64,000 nt of DNA, taken from assembly GCA_019358935.1 (NCBI GenBank), contig JAHHIK010000008.1, positions 52,153 through 116,152 on the forward strand, given 5' to 3'. The notes under the pieces are model-generated. The model saw only the letters and a program-made list of their open reading frames with translations. It ran no database searches and had not been told where the DNA came from. Positions 1 through 8,987 of this stretch are shown one piece after another. Each line of letters starts with the position of its first letter. Position 1 is the stretch's first letter. Both the position numbers and the translations under genes were made by a program. Source of the DNA: Tolypothrix carrinoi HA7290-LM1 (GTDB lineage Bacteria > Cyanobacteriota > Cyanobacteriia > Cyanobacteriales > Nostocaceae).

Positions 1-115
1 TTAACGCAGCAGCTAAAGGTGGTTGATTAATATTATCCACTGGCTCGTCATCTAAAATAAAATCGTCTGGTAACTTTTCCCAGGTAACTTCAAATGTGGC
101 TGAATTAGCTAACAT
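1..115 (-). CDS. Uma2 (DUF820) family endonuclease-like protein, 5' part (runs off the window)
   Basis: Manual translation from ATG at 115: MLANSATFEVTWEKLPDDFILDDEPVDNINQPPLAAAL, an N-terminus typical of cyanobacterial Uma2 proteins; GAGG RBS upstream. Confidence 0.7.
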   Translation of the reverse strand, partial: MLANSATFEVTWEKLPDDFILDDEPVDNINQPPLAAAL

Positions 116-153
116 AATGCTACTACCTCATTACGCCGTTTAATTATCGGTGG

Positions 154-1131
154 TTATTCTTGAGATGCAATACTTGACAAAAGTTGTTCAAAATCTGCAA
201 CTGAAGGAATAGCGATCGCTCTTTTGAGAAGCATTTTTAACACGGCAGATTCCTCAATTTGATTAACAACTTCCACAATCGAACTTGGCACGAGTCCAAA
301 CCGTGTCTCTAAAACTTCAATCAAATTTTCTCGACTTGTTTGCAGAATACCTTGTTCAATTCCCTCTTCAATTCCTTCTGCTTTTGCTAGCCTTTCAATA
401 CTTGTTACGTACCGCATTCTATTTACCTCTTCGTAACTTCTCAATTCTGTTTTAAAATTATTTGCCAGTTCTTCTGGAAGTACCATCACCCAGTCAATAA
501 ACCGAAATAATCCCAAAATGTATTCTCGGTCATATCCCCTTTCAAACAAGCTTCTGACTAAGCTTAATTTCCACTGTAGCCTGAAGAGCGGATTTCGGTT
601 TGTCGCCTTAGTTCTCAGATGTGCCATGACGACTATACTAAAGGGATTAGTACTTTGTTCCAGGCTTTCCCAGTCAGCTTCATAGTCTAAAAGTTTCGCG
701 ATAGGGAACTCTAAGCTGACACGACATCCCCCAAGTTGATAGTTATAACTTGAAGGTCGCCAACTCGCTGATTCATCCGCTAAAACCGCCAAGCTAATAA
801 CTTGCTTTTTATGACGGTCAAACAAGCGATAATTATATGTATACATCCTTTCGGCAAACTTGCTGTCATATTGCCCTTGGACTTCCACATGAATTAATAC
901 CCAAGCTTCTTCACCATCAAGTAGCCAAACTTTCGCAACTTTATCAACTAAACGCTTGCCAATTTCTGCATCAGGTTCTAACTGTTGCAGTTCAGTATCG
1001 AGAAATTCATAGTCTCTTTCCCAATCAATAACAATGTAGGCATCAAGAAAGAAGTATTCTAAAAAGCGAGGAAAAAAGCTTTCAATAACTTCTTTCCAGG
1101 GACTATCATAATCACTAAATTGCTCAGTCAT
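154..1131 (-). CDS. Rpn/YhgA-like PD-(D/E)XK nuclease-family protein (putative transposase-like)
   Basis: DYDSPWKE, VDKVAKVW..WVLIHVEVQ, ERMYTYNYRLFD motifs; C-terminal EGIEEGIEQG repeat. Confidence 0.8.
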   Translation of the reverse strand: MTEQFSDYDSPWKEVIESFFPRFLEYFFLDAYIVIDWERDYEFLDTELQQLEPDAEIGKRLVDKVAKVWLLDGEEAWVLIHVEVQGQYDSKFAERMYTYNYRLFDRHKKQVISLAVLADESASWRPSSYNYQLGGCRVSLEFPIAKLLDYEADWESLEQSTNPFSIVVMAHLRTKATNRNPLFRLQWKLSLVRSLFERGYDREYILGLFRFIDWVMVLPEELANNFKTELRSYEEVNRMRYVTSIERLAKAEGIEEGIEQGILQTSRENLIEVLETRFGLVPSSIVEVVNQIEESAVLKMLLKRAIAIPSVADFEQLLSSIASQE

Positions 1132-1134
1132 GAA

Positions 1135-2862
1135 TTAAAACAAAAAGTATCTTTGTGCCATTGGTAAAATCGTCGCCGGTTCGCAAGTCAGCAACTCTCC
1201 ATCAGCGCGTACTTCATAAGTTTCCGCATCAACTTCAATGTGAGGTAACGCATCATTCAACTTCATATCCCGCTTACTCAATTGACGTGTCCCGGAAACT
1301 GCAACAATTTGCTTTTGCAAACTCAACTGACTGGGAATTTCTCTTTCTAACGCTGCTTGCGAAACAAAAGTTAACGATGTGGCGTTCTTAGCACCTGCAA
1401 AACTACCAAACATCGGACGCATATGCACAGGTTGCGGTGTGGGAATACTCGCATTAGCATCACCCATTTGCGACCAAGCAATCATTCCCCCTTTAACTAC
1501 TATCTCTGGCTTCACGCCAAAAAAAGCAGGACGCCACAAACACAAATCTGCTATTTTACCCTCTTCCACTGAACCGACATACTCAGCAATTCCATGAGTA
1601 ATTGCCGGATTTATCGTATACTTAGCAACATATCGCTTCGCCCGGAAATTATCTGCTCTTTGCCCCTCTCCTTGTAGGAGAGGGGTTGGGGAGAGGTCTC
1701 CCCGCTGCACTTTCATTTTATGCCCCGTCTGCCAAGTTCTAATTATCACTTCGCCTACCCGTCCCATCGCCTGAGAATCCGAAGAAATCATACTAAACGC
1801 GCCCAAGTCGTGTAAAATATCTTCGGCGGCGATCGTTTCCCGACGAATGCGCGACTCAGCAAAAGCGACATCCTCGGCGATCGCTGGATCGAGATGATGA
1901 CATACCATCAACATATCCAGATGCTCATCCAAAGTATTCACCGTGTAAGGGCGTGTCGGATTGGTAGAAGATGGTAACACGCACGGCGTACCGCAAACTT
2001 TGATAATATCTGGTGCGTGTCCTCCGCCTGCGCCTTCAGTATGGTATGTGTGGATAACGCGATTTTTGAAAGCAGCGATCGTATCTTCTACAAAGCCGGC
2101 TTCATTCAAGGTGTCAGTATGAATTGCCACTTGTACATCATACTCATCCGCAACGCTTAAACAAGTATCAATTGTTGCTGGCGTAGTTCCCCAATCTTCG
2201 TGTAACTTTAAGCCGATCGCACCCGCGTTAACTTGTTCTACAAGTCCTTGAGGTTGGCTAGTGTTGCCTTTGCCCAAAAATCCCAAATTGACGGGGAAAG
2301 CATCAGCAGCTTGCAGCATTCGGTAAATATTCCAGGGTCCAGGCGTGCAAGTTGTGGCATTTGTACCTGTAGCAGGACCCGTACCACCGCCAATCATCGT
2401 AGTAATACCAGAAGCGATCGCCACTTCAATTTGTTGCGGACAAATAAAATGAATGTGGGTATCAATACCCCCAGCGGTGAGAATCATTCCTTCCCCCGCT
2501 AAAGCTTCAGTTCCAGGACCGATAATAATATCTACATTGTCTTGAATATAAGGATTTCCAGCTTTCCCGATTTTGAAAATTTTGCCATCTTTAATGCCAA
2601 TATCTGCTTTGACAATCCCCCACCAATCGAGAATTAAAGCATTTGTAATCACTAAATCAACCGCACCATCAGCATTAGAAATCGGAGATTGTCCCATCCC
2701 ATCTCTAATAACTTTACCACCACCGAATTTGACTTCATCGCCGTAAGTTGTGAAATCTTGTTCAACTTCAATAAATAATTCTGTATCAGCAAGTCGGACT
2801 TTATCTCCGACAGTGGGACCGAAAGTTTCTGCGTAAGCGCGACGAGACATTCTGTAAGGCAT
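1135..2862 (-). CDS. ureC: Urease subunit alpha
   Basis: [41 protein letters not shown] urease motifs. Confidence 0.99.
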   Translation of the reverse strand: MPYRMSRRAYAETFGPTVGDKVRLADTELFIEVEQDFTTYGDEVKFGGGKVIRDGMGQSPISNADGAVDLVITNALILDWWGIVKADIGIKDGKIFKIGKAGNPYIQDNVDIIIGPGTEALAGEGMILTAGGIDTHIHFICPQQIEVAIASGITTMIGGGTGPATGTNATTCTPGPWNIYRMLQAADAFPVNLGFLGKGNTSQPQGLVEQVNAGAIGLKLHEDWGTTPATIDTCLSVADEYDVQVAIHTDTLNEAGFVEDTIAAFKNRVIHTYHTEGAGGGHAPDIIKVCGTPCVLPSSTNPTRPYTVNTLDEHLDMLMVCHHLDPAIAEDVAFAESRIRRETIAAEDILHDLGAFSMISSDSQAMGRVGEVIIRTWQTGHKMKVQRGDLSPTPLLQGEGQRADNFRAKRYVAKYTINPAITHGIAEYVGSVEEGKIADLCLWRPAFFGVKPEIVVKGGMIAWSQMGDANASIPTPQPVHMRPMFGSFAGAKNATSLTFVSQAALEREIPSQLSLQKQIVAVSGTRQLSKRDMKLNDALPHIEVDAETYEVRADGELLTCEPATILPMAQRYFLF

Positions 2863-2895
2863 AATGCACTTTTAGTAATGGAGGTTAAAATCGAG

Positions 2896-2942
2896 TTTAA
2901 ACGCAAAGTGACGCAAAGGTAAGCGCAAAGGGTTCGCTGAGG
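2896..2942 (+). repeat. Left inverted repeat abutting the GxxExxY start codon
   Basis: tttaaacgcaaagtgacgcaaaggtaagcgcaaagggttcgctgagg; similar to the reverse complement of 3321-3366 and to 3841-3888. Confidence 0.75.
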
Positions 2943-3320
2943 ATGGATGAGAATGATTTGAGTGGGGTGATAATTGGCTGTGGGATGCGAGTGCATACAG
3001 CGTTGGGACCGGGTTTGTTAGAGTCAGCTTATGAGGAGTGTTTGTATTACGAGTTGACAAAGAAGGGATTAAATGTTGGTAAGCAAGTTCCATTACCCCT
3101 TGTTTACGAAGAGGTGCAATTAGATTGTGTTTATCGATTAGATTTAATAGTCGAAAATAAAGTAATTATTGAAGTCAAATCTGTAGAATCTATTAAACCA
3201 ATTCACTCAGTACAACTTTTAACTTATCTCAAACTCACCGATTGCAAACTCGGTCTTATTCTCAACTTTAACGTCCTCCACCTCAAAGAAGGCATTAAAC
3301 GTGTGGCAAATAAACTCTAA
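2943..3320 (+). CDS. GxxExxY protein (PD-(D/E)XK nuclease fold)
   Basis: VHTALGPGLLESAYEECL, RLDLIVENKVIIEVKS, QLLTYLKL..GLILNF. Confidence 0.95.
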   Translation: MDENDLSGVIIGCGMRVHTALGPGLLESAYEECLYYELTKKGLNVGKQVPLPLVYEEVQLDCVYRLDLIVENKVIIEVKSVESIKPIHSVQLLTYLKLTDCKLGLILNFNVLHLKEGIKRVANKL

Positions 3321-3366
3321 CTCCGCGCACCTTTGCGCTTCCCTCAGCGTCCCTCTGCGTTAAAAA
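3321..3366 (-). repeat. Right inverted repeat abutting the GxxExxY stop codon
   Basis: Reverse complement reads ttttaacgcagagggacgctgagggaagcgcaaaggtgcgcggag, which aligns with 2896-2942. Confidence 0.75.
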
Positions 3367-3464
3367 ATAAATATACCGTAAATTTAGTGATGTCTGAACA
3401 AGAGAGTAAGAGTTATCTTGTACTCAGAATACTGTAATAAAAAGTTAAAAAAGAGCAGTAAAAC

Positions 3465-3662
3465 TTGGCTAATAAGTACAAAGTCACTATGCGTATAACA
3501 GGTTCAGATTACAAAGAAATACGCGGCTTTTTTGGGGGAGTTACAATAACAGGCACAACGGCAGAAATCACCGTGGAAGCCGACGATCCAGAAACAGCTA
3601 AATCTACTGTAAGTAAACTACTCGGTCATCGTTTCCCTCTTTTAGGGGCTACAAAACTGTAA
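3465..3662 (+). CDS. Small hypothetical protein (65 aa)
   Basis: Non-overlapping ORF (TTG start) with protein-like composition, followed by a hairpin at about 3705-3770. Confidence 0.45.
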   Translation: MANKYKVTMRITGSDYKEIRGFFGGVTITGTTAEITVEADDPETAKSTVSKLLGHRFPLLGATKL

Positions 3663-3840
3663 TTCAGTTTGTATATCGACTTAACGAAAACAAACCTGAT
3701 ATAAAAATTTACGCAAAAATGTAAAGGCGCTGAGAATCACTCTGCCTCTTTAAACTTTTGCGTGAAATTTCATATTTAAAATCAGCCAGTTTCCTAGTGA
3801 CTGTATTGGAGTTTGAAATTAAACCTATTCAATAACCTTT

Positions 3841-3888
3841 TTTAAACGCACTCGTGACGCTGAGGGAAGCGCAGAGGTACGCAAAGGG
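3841..3888 (+). repeat. Third copy of the GxxExxY-flanking repeat, just past the ureB stop
   Basis: tttaaacgcactcgtgacgctgagggaagcgcagaggtacgcaaagg. Confidence 0.7.
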
Positions 3889-3891
3889 TTT

Positions 3892-4197
3892 TTAGAGGTT
3901 GCCATTAATTCTGGCGTTGAAACCGTAAACTTGTCGGCTACCAGCAAGAGGAATTAAAGTAACTTCTTTCTCATCTCCTGGTTCAAACCTCACAGCAGTT
4001 CCCGCAGGGATATCAAGACGCATTCCCCTTGCTTTTTCCCTATCAAAATTTAAAGCCGCGTTAACTTCAAAAAAGTGAAAATGCGAACCAACTTGAATTG
4101 GTCTATCTCCTGTATTTGCCACCAGCAATCTTACAGTAGAACACCCCGCATTTAATTCAATTTCCCCATCAGACGTAATAATTTCTCCAGGTATCAT
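3892..4197 (-). CDS. ureB: Urease subunit beta
   Basis: [38 protein letters not shown]. Confidence 0.99.
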   Translation of the reverse strand: MIPGEIITSDGEIELNAGCSTVRLLVANTGDRPIQVGSHFHFFEVNAALNFDREKARGMRLDIPAGTAVRFEPGDEKEVTLIPLAGSRQVYGFNARINGNL

Positions 4198-4212
4198 AAG
4201 TAATTAAAAATG

Positions 4213-4358
4213 GATAGTTGATAGTTGATAGTTGATAGTTGATAGTGGTTAGTGGTTAGTCGATAGTCGATAGTCGATAGTAGTTCATAAAGCAACCAAC
4301 AACTAGCAATTAACAACTAGCGACTAACAACTAACAACCAACAACCAACTACTAACAA
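4213..4358. repeat. Inverted STRR heptamer arrays (GATAGTT)n ... (CTAACAA)n
   Basis: Visible 7-bp tandem units in opposite orientations between ureA and ureB. Confidence 0.9.
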
Positions 4359-4359
4359 A

Positions 4360-4662
4360 TTATCTAATCGGATTATGCACAGTTACCAACTTAGTTCCAT
4401 CAGGAAAAGTTGCTTCTACTTGCACCTCATGCACCATTTCCGGCACACCTTCCATCACCTCATCTCTTGTTAACAGAGTTGTACCATAACTCATTAAATC
4501 TGCAACAGTTTGTCCATCTCTCGCACCCTCCAAAATAGCAGCAGAAATATAGGCGATCGCCTCCGGATAATTCAACTTCAAACCTCTATTTTTACGCCTT
4601 TCTGCTAACAACGCAGCCGTAAAAATCAACAGCTTATCCTTCTCCTGCGGCGTAAGTTGCAT
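4360..4662 (-). CDS. ureA: Urease subunit gamma
   Basis: [37 protein letters not shown]. Confidence 0.99.
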   Translation of the reverse strand: MQLTPQEKDKLLIFTAALLAERRKNRGLKLNYPEAIAYISAAILEGARDGQTVADLMSYGTTLLTRDEVMEGVPEMVHEVQVEATFPDGTKLVTVHNPIR

Positions 4663-4710
4663 CTTTCTCTCTTCCCTTTTCTCTGTGTCCTCTGCGCCTC
4701 TGCGGTTCGT

Positions 4711-5580
4711 TTAAATCTGCCAAACCCTCGGTACACAATTACCACGACTTAAAAAAGACATCCGCAGCAACTGCCAAACATCAATAAACCAGTTTCTCAC
4801 CTCAGATGTCAAACAACCACGATATCGACACAAAAATCCATTTTCCAAACGAGTAACCCCAGCTAAAGAGTGAGGAGTTAGGAGTGAGGAGTTAGGAGTG
4901 AACAAAGAACGTGCTTTTTCCACAATTTCCTTTGAAACTGGTTGTCCCACCCAAACTAGACTACCTGTAATTGGTTGCCCAGCCAAGCCGTGAGGACTAT
5001 GAAAAACTTCTTCGCTACCCGGTAGCCATTGTCTATCAATCCACAACGGTTTGCCTTGCTGCCAAATTTCCGTATGACTGCGCCATTCTCCTTCTACAAA
5101 CTTCTCACCTCTAGCACTGCGACCAAATCGAGTAATTTCCCAGCCTAAATAACTAGCTTTCGTAGCTAATTCTACCCGTAAATCTTGCCGATAAATTGCC
5201 CCGTTAAAAACAATAGTTTCTTGGGGAAACCATTCCAAACAAGCGCCAGCATCAACTTGTATATTAATGCTTTGTTTTGCTTGAGTACCGTTACTGCGAT
5301 AAATTTTACTAGCAGCGGCTGTAGTAATTAATGCTTGGGTGTTCGGTTGAAGGTGGAAATTAAGAGAAAGGCGATCGCCTCCCACAACGCCCCCAGCCGT
5401 ATGTAAAATGACGCTATGACAAACTTGCTGTCCTTCTGGGTAAAACGGGCGCTGTACCTTCAGTGGGGCTTGATGCGAGTTGGAAATTAGGGCAGTTGTC
5501 CCCAGGCGATCGGCATACACTAAATTAAGTTTGCCATGCCAGCCATTTTCTGATGCTGTTTGATAGTTACATTGATTCAC
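4711..5580 (-). CDS. ureD: Urease accessory protein UreD
   Basis: PLKVQRPFYPEG, LHTAGGVVGGDRL, LEWFPQETIVF, WEITRFGRSARGE. Confidence 0.97.
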   Translation of the reverse strand: MNQCNYQTASENGWHGKLNLVYADRLGTTALISNSHQAPLKVQRPFYPEGQQVCHSVILHTAGGVVGGDRLSLNFHLQPNTQALITTAAASKIYRSNGTQAKQSINIQVDAGACLEWFPQETIVFNGAIYRQDLRVELATKASYLGWEITRFGRSARGEKFVEGEWRSHTEIWQQGKPLWIDRQWLPGSEEVFHSPHGLAGQPITGSLVWVGQPVSKEIVEKARSLFTPNSSLLTPHSLAGVTRLENGFLCRYRGCLTSEVRNWFIDVWQLLRMSFLSRGNCVPRVWQI

Positions 5581-5599
5581 AAATTTTCATAAATTAATA

Positions 5600-6922
5600 T
5601 TAATATTTTTTCGCCAATATTACATAATCATCTAAAGAATAGTGCTGTTCATACTTATGACCAAGATACTTTTGAATCATCGAACTCATATACAGTTGCT
5701 TGGGTAACTTAGCTAGTGCAAATTTTCCAAACTCAACAGCCGAATAAGGTGTTCTTGAGCCTGTCGATGTAAGATACTTATACCACACAAGTTCTAACCC
5801 AAGTTCTGCCAAGAATTTATTTACCACCTTTTTTTCCTGTTCTTGGTCTTCTACTTGATAAGCATCATAAGCTTTAAATAGCTTCTTGTCTTGGACAACT
5901 AGCAGCACATAACCTTGTGGCTTTAATCTAGTAGCAAATATTTGTTTGTAGATATTATTTGCTTGAAGGCTTTTAACTGGAGTGTTAAAAAAACAATGGG
6001 AAACAGTTATAAAGTCAAAAAAATCTTTTGGGATATTACTAGATTGAGAATTCCAAGTAAAGATGTCGTCAGTTACAAAGCGAAAGTAAGCATTTACAGG
6101 CGTTTTTCGCGATTCTATATATCGTCGCCAAAATTGTAACCCTCGAAATTGAAAAGCATCTTGTTTTTCTAAAGAATAGTAAGATATATGCATTTGCTGA
6201 ATATCGAAAAAGCCGCTAGTACTTTGTAAAAATAAAGCTAAACCATAAGCAACTGTTCCCGGACCTGCGGCAATATCAAGTATGTTAATCTTATTTGGTA
6301 GTAAACCAGCTTTGTAAATCAAAAACCAAGCTAAGTAAATGCAGTAGACATTTTCTAAAAAATACTTCATAAAGTAGACATGGGGAGTCAGACTAAAACG
6401 GTAATCTGGATCTTGTCCACTTTTTAAGCTATTAATATCTTCCAGAGCATCTTCTATTTTAATTTTTAACTTGTTATCAGGTATTCTACTAAATTCTTCT
6501 TTGATATATTCAACTAATCTCGCTTCAAAGTCATCAAATATACGCTCATCCAGACTAGTAGATTGTAGCTTGTTGACATCATGTTCTATTAGCTTAAATG
6601 CTTTGGAGACAAAATTGATAAATTCTGCTTCTGGCTTGAATAGAAAACTATCTTGCTTTTCAAAAGCTACTTCAGTATTTAAATTTTCTAGTTTTTGTAG
6701 TGCTTCAGTTAATTTAAAACTTAAATTGGCTACCTCTCTTTTGTCTTGCTGCGAATAACTTTCTAACTGAAGCTTATCTCTAAATAGCTTCTCTAACCAG
6801 GAAAATTTTGCTCCTGATTTTTTAATTTCTTGCAACAATTTTCTTGCAACTTGCGTATTGCCACGCTTCAGCGCAGATTTAAATTGCTGACTTCGCCACC
6901 AATTTGCTATAGCATTACTCAT
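5600..6922 (-). CDS. Putative class I SAM-dependent methyltransferase-like protein with helical N-terminal extension
   Basis: Motif I-like INILDIAAGPGT, FDFITVSHCFF, LKPQGYVLLV; ATG at 6922 overlaps the upstream stop (the ORF track starts at 6928). Confidence 0.6.
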   Translation of the reverse strand: MSNAIANWWRSQQFKSALKRGNTQVARKLLQEIKKSGAKFSWLEKLFRDKLQLESYSQQDKREVANLSFKLTEALQKLENLNTEVAFEKQDSFLFKPEAEFINFVSKAFKLIEHDVNKLQSTSLDERIFDDFEARLVEYIKEEFSRIPDNKLKIKIEDALEDINSLKSGQDPDYRFSLTPHVYFMKYFLENVYCIYLAWFLIYKAGLLPNKINILDIAAGPGTVAYGLALFLQSTSGFFDIQQMHISYYSLEKQDAFQFRGLQFWRRYIESRKTPVNAYFRFVTDDIFTWNSQSSNIPKDFFDFITVSHCFFNTPVKSLQANNIYKQIFATRLKPQGYVLLVVQDKKLFKAYDAYQVEDQEQEKKVVNKFLAELGLELVWYKYLTSTGSRTPYSAVEFGKFALAKLPKQLYMSSMIQKYLGHKYEQHYSLDDYVILAKKY

Positions 6923-7835
6923 AACCAAAGCCGTCTTTTCCTTCTTTGATTTCCACGTCAGGAAGACGAGAAATCAAATTTTCCTTAAACTTTATATAAT
7001 TTACTTGTTCTAAGTCATACCACCAAGCGTATTTTTGCTTAATACCTTGTGCTTCTTCGCGGGTTCCTGCCACAAGCGAACGATTATGGCTTGCGTGAAA
7101 TTCCTGAATGACAATTCTATCTGCGATCGCTAATTTCTCAATAAAAGCGGCTTCATCTTCTGGTAAGGTGGGAAGTAGAGGCGTAATGGTGATAGAAACT
7201 TTCGGAATAAAACCTTTTAAAGGGTCAATAGTTTGTTTAATTTTGGTAATAGCATTTAATCTGGCTTTGATACTAGGCGATCGCGCTTCAAAATCTCTTC
7301 TCACAGACTCGCTACCAGTGGGGATACTCATATTAATTCGCAACCGCTGAAATCGTTGTAAAATATCGATATCTCTGGTAATAATTGGACTGCGAGTTTG
7401 AATCACCAACGTTGGACGATATTCAAGCATTACCTCTAACAAAGAGCGCGTTAGCTGATGTTTAGACTCAATTGGTTGATAAGGATCTGTAACGCTACTC
7501 ATATAAATTTTCGGAAATTTGTGAGGGTTTTTCTTATACCAGTTTTCTAACTCCTTCTCTAAAACTTGTGCAGCATTTTCCTTGATAATTACCCATTTTC
7601 CCCAATCTTGCCGCATTTGAGAATTAGGACTAAAAGCCGCAGCATAACAATAACTACATCCGTATTGACAACCCCGATAAGGATTTAAAGTAAAATCATA
7701 AGCAGCGATAAAACCAGTTGCCGGATTTAGTATAGATTTAGCATTTTGAGCATAAACTTTGGCATCACCGAAAGTTTCTTTAACTAACTTTGTCGGAGTG
7801 CCTTCAGAATATCCTTCATAACGTGCTTTTGCCAT
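6915..7835 (-). CDS. Radical SAM protein, spore photoproduct lyase-like family
   Basis: LNPYRGCQYGCSYCYA (CxxxCxxC), MSSVTDPYQPIE, IQTRSP; likely ATG at 7835 (MAKARYEG). Confidence 0.9.
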   Translation of the reverse strand: MAKARYEGYSEGTPTKLVKETFGDAKVYAQNAKSILNPATGFIAAYDFTLNPYRGCQYGCSYCYAAAFSPNSQMRQDWGKWVIIKENAAQVLEKELENWYKKNPHKFPKIYMSSVTDPYQPIESKHQLTRSLLEVMLEYRPTLVIQTRSPIITRDIDILQRFQRLRINMSIPTGSESVRRDFEARSPSIKARLNAITKIKQTIDPLKGFIPKVSITITPLLPTLPEDEAAFIEKLAIADRIVIQEFHASHNRSLVAGTREEAQGIKQKYAWWYDLEQVNYIKFKENLISRLPDVEIKEGKDGFGYE

Positions 7836-7968
7836 TTTTAAGCTTGATATAAGGTTGAATAAATCATGAATATTTCGCGCAAAGACGCTAAGAAAGAACT
7901 TTGCGTCTTTGCTTAAAATATGGTGCGGAGCGCGAAGCGCGTAACGCACCCTACTTTATCTTCTATTT

Positions 7969-8754
7969 TTAACTTTCAATTACTGACAAAATATGCACAC
8001 TAGTGTTATCAACCATGTAAACAAAACCATGCTCATTAACAAAGCGTTGATATAACTCTTGCAAACTAACAACGAGTTGCTGCTGCATTAGTCCTTTCCG
8101 AGGAACGTAAGAATAACTCATAGTACGACCAATTAGCCCAGTTAAATCTAATTCTTGTCGATGAACAAAAGTATGTTCGGTTATGTTAATAAAATGGAGA
8201 CTTGCTAATATTGGTTTTATAGATTTAATCCGCTCCTGTACTAGACCACTATTCGATGCTGCACGTATTAATTGGTTATATTCACCGGTAAAAGCATCTT
8301 CTTGATCGAGGTGATTCCACACTACTGCCAACCGTCCCGATGGTTTCAAGATGCGGTGGAACTCTGATAAAGTTGGCTCTGGGTTGAACCAATGAAAAGC
8401 TTGAAAACTAGTTACTAAATCAACCGATGCATCAGGTAGGTTAGTAACTTCTGCTGTTCCATCTCGAAATTCAACTAATGGATGTGGTTCAGCTGCTTCT
8501 CTCATTGCTGCATTTGGTTCAACAGCAATGACGCTAACTCCGCGTTTACCTAACAACCGCGAGGAAATACCAGTACCCGCACCAATATCTGCGGCTAAAA
8601 GTTGCGTCGGTGGTGCTAACCCTTCCAAGATAATATCAATTGCTGCGGCTGGGTAGCTTGGTCGATAGTTTACATAATCCGCTGCTCTGTCAGAAAATCG
8701 GGTTAGTGGATTGAGGGTGTATAGCGGTGTTGTTTCCGGGTTAGTTTGGCTCAT
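7969..8754 (-). CDS. Class I SAM-dependent methyltransferase
   Basis: RPSYP, ADIGAGTGISS, VEPNAAM, QAFHWF, ILKPSG. Confidence 0.93.
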   Translation of the reverse strand: MSQTNPETTPLYTLNPLTRFSDRAADYVNYRPSYPAAAIDIILEGLAPPTQLLAADIGAGTGISSRLLGKRGVSVIAVEPNAAMREAAEPHPLVEFRDGTAEVTNLPDASVDLVTSFQAFHWFNPEPTLSEFHRILKPSGRLAVVWNHLDQEDAFTGEYNQLIRAASNSGLVQERIKSIKPILASLHFINITEHTFVHRQELDLTGLIGRTMSYSYVPRKGLMQQQLVVSLQELYQRFVNEHGFVYMVDNTSVHILSVIES

Positions 8755-8987
8755 TGGTGTGGAATCGAAAATAATCTTAGTAATCTTATTAAGGTAAGTT
8801 AATTACCCATACTAATAAATATTTTCCAGAGTTTTACGGGAATTATAAAGTTACTTCTCCCGAAAAATACCTGCCACAGATAAATCCAATGCAAAAATGC
8901 ATAAAAAAACAGGAGAAGTTGAAATAAAACTGGTTCTGTGGCATTTACACAACTGAATTGGTTGTGAAGTAACTTTATACATTCCTT

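Noticed and set aside
1135..5580. Absence of ureE/F/G as a defect
   Set aside because: The cluster is at the window edge, and these genes are often separate in cyanobacteria.
7836..7949. N-terminal extension of the radical SAM ORF
   Set aside because: It runs through REP-like repeats; ATG 7835 is the more plausible start.
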